Positions 57,621 through 64,000 of a DNA stretch of 64,000 nucleotides are shown one piece after another. Both the position numbers and the translations under genes were made by a program. Location of the stretch: contig NC_043016.1 in assembly GCF_006345805.1 (NCBI RefSeq), positions 24,676,001 through 24,740,000 of the forward strand, given 5' to 3'. Numbering within the stretch: position 1 is the first letter of the stretch; each line of letters opens with the position of its first letter. A model generated the notes under the pieces. The model worked only from the letters and a program-made list of their open reading frames with translations. It was not told where the DNA came from and ran no database searches. Source of the DNA: Octopus sinensis. Its lineage: Eukaryota.

Positions 57621-57846
57621 GGCAGAAACGTTAGCACGCCGGGCGAAATGCTTAGCGGTATTTCGTCTGCCGTTACGTTGTGAGTTCAAATTCCGCCGAG
57701 GTCGACTTTGCCTTTCATCCTTTCGGGGTCGATAAATTAAGTACCAGTTACGCACTGGGGTCGATGTAATCGACTTAATACCTATGTCTGTCCTTGTTTG
57801 TCCCCTCTGTGTTTAGCCCCTTGTGGGTAATAATGAAATAAGTATT
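57621..57846 (+). mobile_element. Young Nin/Deu-domain tRNA SINE
   Basis: B-box GAGTTCAAATTCC; core GCCTTTCATCCTTTCGGGGTCGATAAATTAAGTACCAG; near-identical inverted copy at 62944-63175. Confidence 0.9.
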
Positions 57847-58490
57847 CTAATGGAAGTCCTACCTTAGCCTGAGCCTTGTAGTAGGTCAGTGACTAACAGT
57901 TAGTACCCAAATATTTTCTGGTCTTAAGGAATTTGCTAACACATGTGAGGCTTTCACAAATCAAAAAGAGAAAGACCTAAACATTTCTAACGACTGACAG
58001 TTTTACTTTCATTCATGTGCAAGAATATTTCCTTGATACAAACAAATATGGTAAATTGATGTTGAAAGAAACTAGGTTTTCAAACCCCACTGAAGCCTAT
58101 TTGAGAGTCTTGTTTAGGATGGCAGATGAGGTTTACATCAGGAAGGATAAGGAGAACGAAAATAAAATGAGTAAAAATTTGGGAAACAAATTGTTATTCA
58201 ACTCAATATTCACAGGTTCTTCATCCTTATGATATATGCATGTTTTCTGAATTATCACAAAAGATAAATATATCTTTTCTGTCTACAACATGAAATAATC
58301 TATAAATACAGTGGGATCTTATGTAATATAGTGAGCTAAAAAACTTTCAACTGAATGTATCCACAGAAGTAGGAGAGAAGAATCTCCGTAAGGGGAATGT
58401 TCAAAATCTAAAAGCAAGTAACCAGTAGCAGCAGGAGACATGTTTCAATCTTATTTAACCTTTTCGTAGAAGTATATTCTCAGATGGCAA

Positions 58491-58493
<3 letters not shown>

Positions 58494-58540
<47 letters not shown>

Positions 58541-58541
58541 G

Positions 58542-58581
<40 letters not shown>
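58494..58581. repeat. (TA)n(CA)n(GA)n compound microsatellite
   Basis: Direct reading. Confidence 0.9.
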
Positions 58582-58585
<4 letters not shown>

Positions 58586-59682
58586 GGGATGGCTCTATAC
58601 AGTTTCTGTCTGACCAATTCACTCACAAGGTAGTGGTTGTTCCACTTCAGCTTGACAGTTTCCAAAGGTGTTACACAGTGGGACTGAACCAGAGGTCATG
58701 TGGTTGTGAAGTAAACTTTTTTAAATACAGAAACACAGAGAAACAAAGAGGAAGTAATGTAGCAACTAGGATTGTGAATGTCAACTCAGACTTACCAACC
58801 AAGTAGAACAGACTTTGATGAGAATGTTGAATAAAATCAACACTGTTACTTTCACCAATTAAGTTTTAAAGATAAGCTCCATGCCATTCTACACCTGAAT
58901 AAGACCAGTCTTATTCAAGGATAAGGATCTTATTGGGGATAGCTTCTTTGCTTAATTTTCAGGACTTAAACCTCCCTATACTAGAAATGTTTGTATTTAG
59001 AATGTAAAATGCTCATCTTCAGTAACTGATCTATTATAACTGAGGAAAAGACAGAGAGGAAAAGACAGAGTTAGATTTCAAGACAAAAAAATGAAATGAA
59101 AAGTATGACGCAAAAGAAACTTTGAAATAGATTAATGTCAATAGATATTTATATTCTTAAAGTTAGTTTAATATCCCTTTAATATCTAATGAAAAAAAAA
59201 TCAATTAATTTCAGTGGTTTTAAACCTGAAAAATTCCACTAGCTTTTAACTTTGTAATTTCATTGACTCTTAATTCAGTCAACTTTATATAAGGTCCCAT
59301 AGTACAAAACATGTACACAGAGCTATTGTTTTTAATGAATATTTGGTATATATGAATTTAGAAGCTTGTACATATTACTTGATTAGCAATAAAAATGAAA
59401 AAAAAATTCATGTATTATTATTTACTTCCTGAGATATGTCCTAGATAATATTGACAGTTTAGGGTAGCAGAAAATAACAAAACAATATGTGAAATTTCAA
59501 AAATATACAGTAGCTTGTAATGGGTACATTTCTAATTTCTAATTCGTGAGAAGCCTCATGAGAAGCCTATAATTTAAGGACAAAAAATAGCTACAACTCC
59601 CTCCACTCTATTGTGTAGTATTTTAGTCACCTAAAATACTACACAATACACATTGCACCCAATAGACACACATACATAAAGA

Positions 59683-59817
59683 TAAACACACGTGTATGTA
59701 TACAATATATAAACACATGTGTACAATATATACATAAACACGTGTATGTATACAATACATAAACACATGTGTACAATATATACATAAACACGTGTATGTA
59801 TACAATACATAAACACA
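59683..59817. repeat. 50-bp tandem repeat, about 2.6 copies
   Basis: Unit ATAAACACGTGTATGTATACAATACATAAACACATGTGTACAATATATAC. Confidence 0.85.
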
Positions 59818-60534
59818 CTAAACACACACACTGTATATATAGGCAGAGGTATAGTTACAAGATTAAGAAGTTTTCTTCTCATCCACATGGTTTCTGGTTC
59901 AGTCCCACTGCATGGCACCTTAACAAAGAGTCTTACTAAAGCATCAGGCTGACCAAAACCTTAAGGGATTTGATATACAGAAACTAAAAGAAACTGTGAG
60001 TGTGTGTGTGTTCAGCTTTCCTTGTGCTAACATCATGCAATAGAGATAAAAGAGTTTCACCACCATACAACGAATGTTTCTAGTTTCCAGTTTTCTATGA
60101 AAACAAAACTGACTATAGGGAAACATTGTCTTGCTTGGAAACATGTGAGGGTTGGTGACAGAAAAGGCATCTGACACATGCAAGCATGGAAAAGTGGACA
60201 CGGGTAAAATTTACATTGGACAACACTTGACTTTAAGAGAGTTGAACCACAATATAGAACATTTATCACAAATGTAAACATACTACACATTTTTCTTGCT
60301 CATGTGGAAAGCACACATACATGATGGGCTCTTCACAACCAATTCATTCACAAGCAATTGTTCGGCCCAATGCATTCCTACCACAAACCTGGTTTCATTC
60401 CAAACTTCTTAATTGCAAATATGTAATGTATGTATGTGTGTGTGTGTGCTATCAATCAGATGTCAGATGTTATACACCACTACTAACAATGCACTTTACA
60501 TTGTTGTGGCCTTATGATGTTGCCACCTTGCTGG

Positions 60535-60800
60535 TAGGTTGTATGTGTGTGGTAAGAAGCTTGCTTCCCAATGACATGATTCCAGGTTCAGTCCCACTGT
60601 GTGGCACCTTGGATAAGTGTCTTCTATCATACCTTCAGGCTAACGAAAACCTTGTGAGTGGATTTGGTAGATGGAAACTGAAAGAAGACTTTCATATATG
60701 TGTGTGTTTGTGCCCCACCCCCACTTGACAACCTGTTCTGCTGTGTTTACATCCCCATAACAGTTTAGTAAAAGGGACCAAGAAAATAAGAACCAGGCTT
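60535..60800 (+). mobile_element. tRNA-derived SINE copy
   Basis: gtgtggtaagaagcttgcttccc...ggttcagtcccactgtgtggcaccttgg...gtgagtggatttggtagatggaaactgaaagaag. Confidence 0.85.
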
Positions 60801-60889
60801 TAAAACACACACACACACAATATGCAGTCATGCAGGAGTACCACTTCAAATGATTTATTCAAATAAATCAAACCCAATGCTTATCCTAT

Positions 60890-61068
60890 AAGTTCGTTTT
60901 GCTAAACTGCTAAGTCACTGCGATATTGACAAACCAAATTCACTTACAAAATATTGGTCAGCTCAGGGCTATAGTCAAAAGACACTTGCCCAAAGTGTCA
61001 CACAGCGGGGCAGAACCTGAAACCACATGATTGTAAAGCAAGCTTCTTAACCACATAACCATGCCTGC
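60890..61068 (-). mobile_element. tRNA-derived SINE copy, inverted relative to its neighbour
   Basis: accaaattcacttacaa...gacacttgcccaa...gaacctgaaaccacatg...gcaagcttcttaaccaca. Confidence 0.8.
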
Positions 61069-62943
61069 ATCTTTTAGATGTTAAAATAAAAGCATCTGAA
61101 CTTGCTGACTTCAGTAGTTTCTGAAATATTAAAATAACTACAAATTTTGAGAAAAGATACGTCAATTGTATTGACTTGGTGTTTATTTTATCAATCTTAG
61201 AAGGATGAAAAGCAAAAACAAAAAAATTTGGACATTAATATATTTAAAAATAAGCTTTCAGTCAATGATACAATCCTAGATTTTTATTGCAATCTATAAA
61301 CATTTATAGCTTTGAAAATATCTTAATGTACCAAATACTACGATATTTAAAAAATACAATTACTTGCATTTCTTATAGGCTTTAATTTAGATACGGATGT
61401 TTACAGTCAGTTTTAAAGTTATATTTTTGGAGATGAATCTATAAATATGGGTAGGTTGTGTGTGTGAGAGCACTCACTATATCTGTCAAAATACACAGAA
61501 ACCTACTCAAAAATATATACACTAACACACACAATGGTTAGATTTCTGTGCTACTGAGTAGTTATAAACTCCCAGCAAGCTATTCCACTGTTCTGCAATT
61601 CTACTCAAAATACCCAAGGTAAAAATTATGTGTGGTATTTGTCCCAGCCCTTTATGTTCGGAGTTCTTTGGGATTGATAAAATTAAGTATCAGTCCAGCA
61701 TCAATGTCAATGTATTCAACTAACTACTCCCATCTTTGTGCTAAAAATCACAATTCATTATATGTCACATGTTCAATTTCATGAACTTCAAATGGAACAG
61801 TGTTTCAGCAGCTGTATAGAGCTGTCGTAAATTAAGCCATCACCATAATGGACAGACTAGTTTTCATATCTGTGCTTTTGACAGGTTGACATTAATTAAA
61901 AAGTTTAAACTTTAAGTACAACGCAGCATGAATCAGAAAGGTAAATACATTATTGCAATGCTCTTGATATATGGGGGCAAAAAAGGTGGATGAGTCTCCA
62001 AGAAACAGTCCATTGGAAGGTTCCTTCACGCTTTTTCCATACATCAAGAGCAGAGAAGGAACAGGTTTACATTTGCATTCCTCTCACAGCTAGACTTTGT
62101 AATATTCATATTTATTTCAGTCCTGCAAATATGTGTATGTATATTACACATCCACCTATTCTTAAATATGAATAGAGAATACTACTGATAATATTGATTT
62201 ATTTCTTCACTGAAATACGGCAGATCAACAATGAAACTTCGCTAGAAATGACAATTAAGTTTCATAGTGTATGTAGTGTCTCAGATACAGTAGGTCAAAT
62301 ATATATATGTTAAAAAGATCTATAATCATGGTAAATATATCTAGTTTGTACAAAATGCAAGTAATTTGTTTGATCTATATGTAAAAATACAGTAAGAGAC
62401 TACACAAGTGTTACACATGCCAGTAGCATGGAACATAGCCCGTTCTAGGACAGAAACTTCATCTTGTAAAATGAGCTAAAAATTTCCATCCAAATTTCAT
62501 GTCAATTCATGTTCCAAATACTGGCTTAATAATGGCAATTCCACCCCACCCCACCCCACCCATAAATTCCTTATTTTCAAAATTAATTGAAACAACAGCA
62601 GTGTTATTTTAACAAAAATATAACAAGAGTTAAATTGTTGATGCATCACATGAAGAATAAACATAAGGGGATATAAATTTGAGAATTTGGTTGGACTGAA
62701 ACCTTTGGCTCTTTTTTCAAACAGAATTGATTACTACCCTTTTATATGACTAGAACAAAACATCAGCCTTATTAAAATCTTGGCTACAATTAGTCTTGAG
62801 GAAACAGCACTGCAATCTGATGGAACTTGAAACTTTACAAAAGTTAGAATTAATATAATCTCAGAAGTATCAGTGCTAGAATAAAAGATTACATACTTGT
62901 ACAATGATAGTAACTGAGGTGTTTATATGCAGATGCAAATACC

Positions 62944-63175
62944 TATTTCTTTACTACCCACAAGGGGCTAAACACAGAGGGGACAAACAAGGACAGACAA
63001 ACGGATTAAGTCGATTATAATGACTCCAGTGCGTAACTGGTACTTATTTAATCGACCCCGAAAGGATGAAAGGCAAAGTCGACCTCGGCGGAATTTGAAC
63101 TCAGAACGTAGCGACAAACGAAATACCGCTAAGCATTTCGCCCGACGTGCTAACGCTTCTGCCAGCTCACCGCCT
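62944..63175 (-). mobile_element. Young full-length Nin/Deu-domain tRNA SINE with 10-bp TSD
   Basis: TSD tgcaaatacc at 62934-62943 and 63176-63185; head GGCGGTGAGCTGGCAGAA; CpG-rich. Confidence 0.92.
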
Positions 63176-64000
63176 TGCAAATACCATCAAGATCTCTGTG
63201 TATGTAGTAAACCCTTTGATCACACATTAGTTCAATTCTGGATTTGATTACCTATCAATATATCTTATGTTTTCTTGCATACCATATATTTAAAAAAAAT
63301 ATATGAAATTTGATCTTGGATATTTGTTCAGCATGTAGAAAACAGTGATGTATGGTGCCAGTGTTGATCCAGTTTCATTTCGCACATGAAGCTGTTTCAC
63401 TCACATTTCATTGCTATCCAAAATATGAAGCCTTTATAATAGTCAAACCACATTTAAAATGAAAACAAATTACAAGCTGCATAATTTTGTTTTTGAGATA
63501 TTGAAAAAATCTTTGGAATAAGATGTACCCATAGGCAGTACCCATAGCTTATTTGCTGTCATGAGTTCCAACTATCAGGAATAATGAGGAGTGTAGAGGG
63601 TTAGCAAGATTAATATTTGTTATAAACCGTAATAGGGTGAAAGTCATATACCAAGAGGAAATACTAGACAAATGTGTTTGGGGGAAAAAAAGTAGTATCT
63701 ATAAGAGCAGGTAGTTTTTTAGAGTAACTGTAGGAAAATAACACTAAGAGGGAATCTATCATGACAGCAATATCTGGAAGAGTAACTATTGTTGCCAGCA
63801 GTTCTAGAAAGGAGTCATAAGGAATAATACCAGAGAAATAAGTATAGGTGTAATAGTCAATAATATTTAGAAAAGCAATAATTGTAGTAGAAGTTGGTAG
63901 AGCAAGAAAGAGAGGGGTGTGATGGGTGACAGCTCAATTGTGGGTTACTGTTTCAAGTAGATGGAGGGAAATCATAGATAGATAAAATACCAGACAGATG

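Noticed and set aside
57522-57755. ORF MRNWYLIYRPRKDERQSRPRRNLNS, repeated at 63020 and 5631
   Set aside because: Antisense translation of the Nin-domain SINE core, not a protein family.

Overview
AT-rich, microsatellite- and SINE-dense eukaryotic DNA, almost certainly coleoid cephalopod (Octopus-like). The window is dominated by one intron-rich kinesin light chain (KLC) gene on the minus strand. Thirteen constitutive coding exons can be chained by hand, in frame and with GT-AG boundaries, from MEVTQTVKSYR (49282) through the heptad repeat, the LFP/acidic linker and TPR1-TPR6 (to position 57). The C-terminal exons lie left of the window, and the first 5' exon probably lies further right. The most notable signal is a set of apparent isoform-diversifying elements in this motor adaptor. 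(i) An intact, divergent 88-nt duplicate of the TPR2 helix-B exon (28225-28312) can only be used mutually exclusively with the canonical 88-nt exon (21802-21889). (ii) Two frame-preserving candidate microexons (36 nt and 9 nt) lie in the TPR5-TPR6 linker. (iii) A tandem GTA/GTG donor pair ends coding exon 3. (iv) The first coding exon has an in-frame upstream ATG and an overlapping uORF. (v) Several genomic codons differ from conserved KLC residues by exactly one A->G, consistent with cephalopod A-to-I recoding. The introns hold a decayed full-length mariner, a non-autonomous Helitron, RTE-type LINE pieces, TTAA piggyBac-like MITEs and two tRNA-derived SINE families. All splicing and editing claims are sequence-based inference and need RNA-seq.
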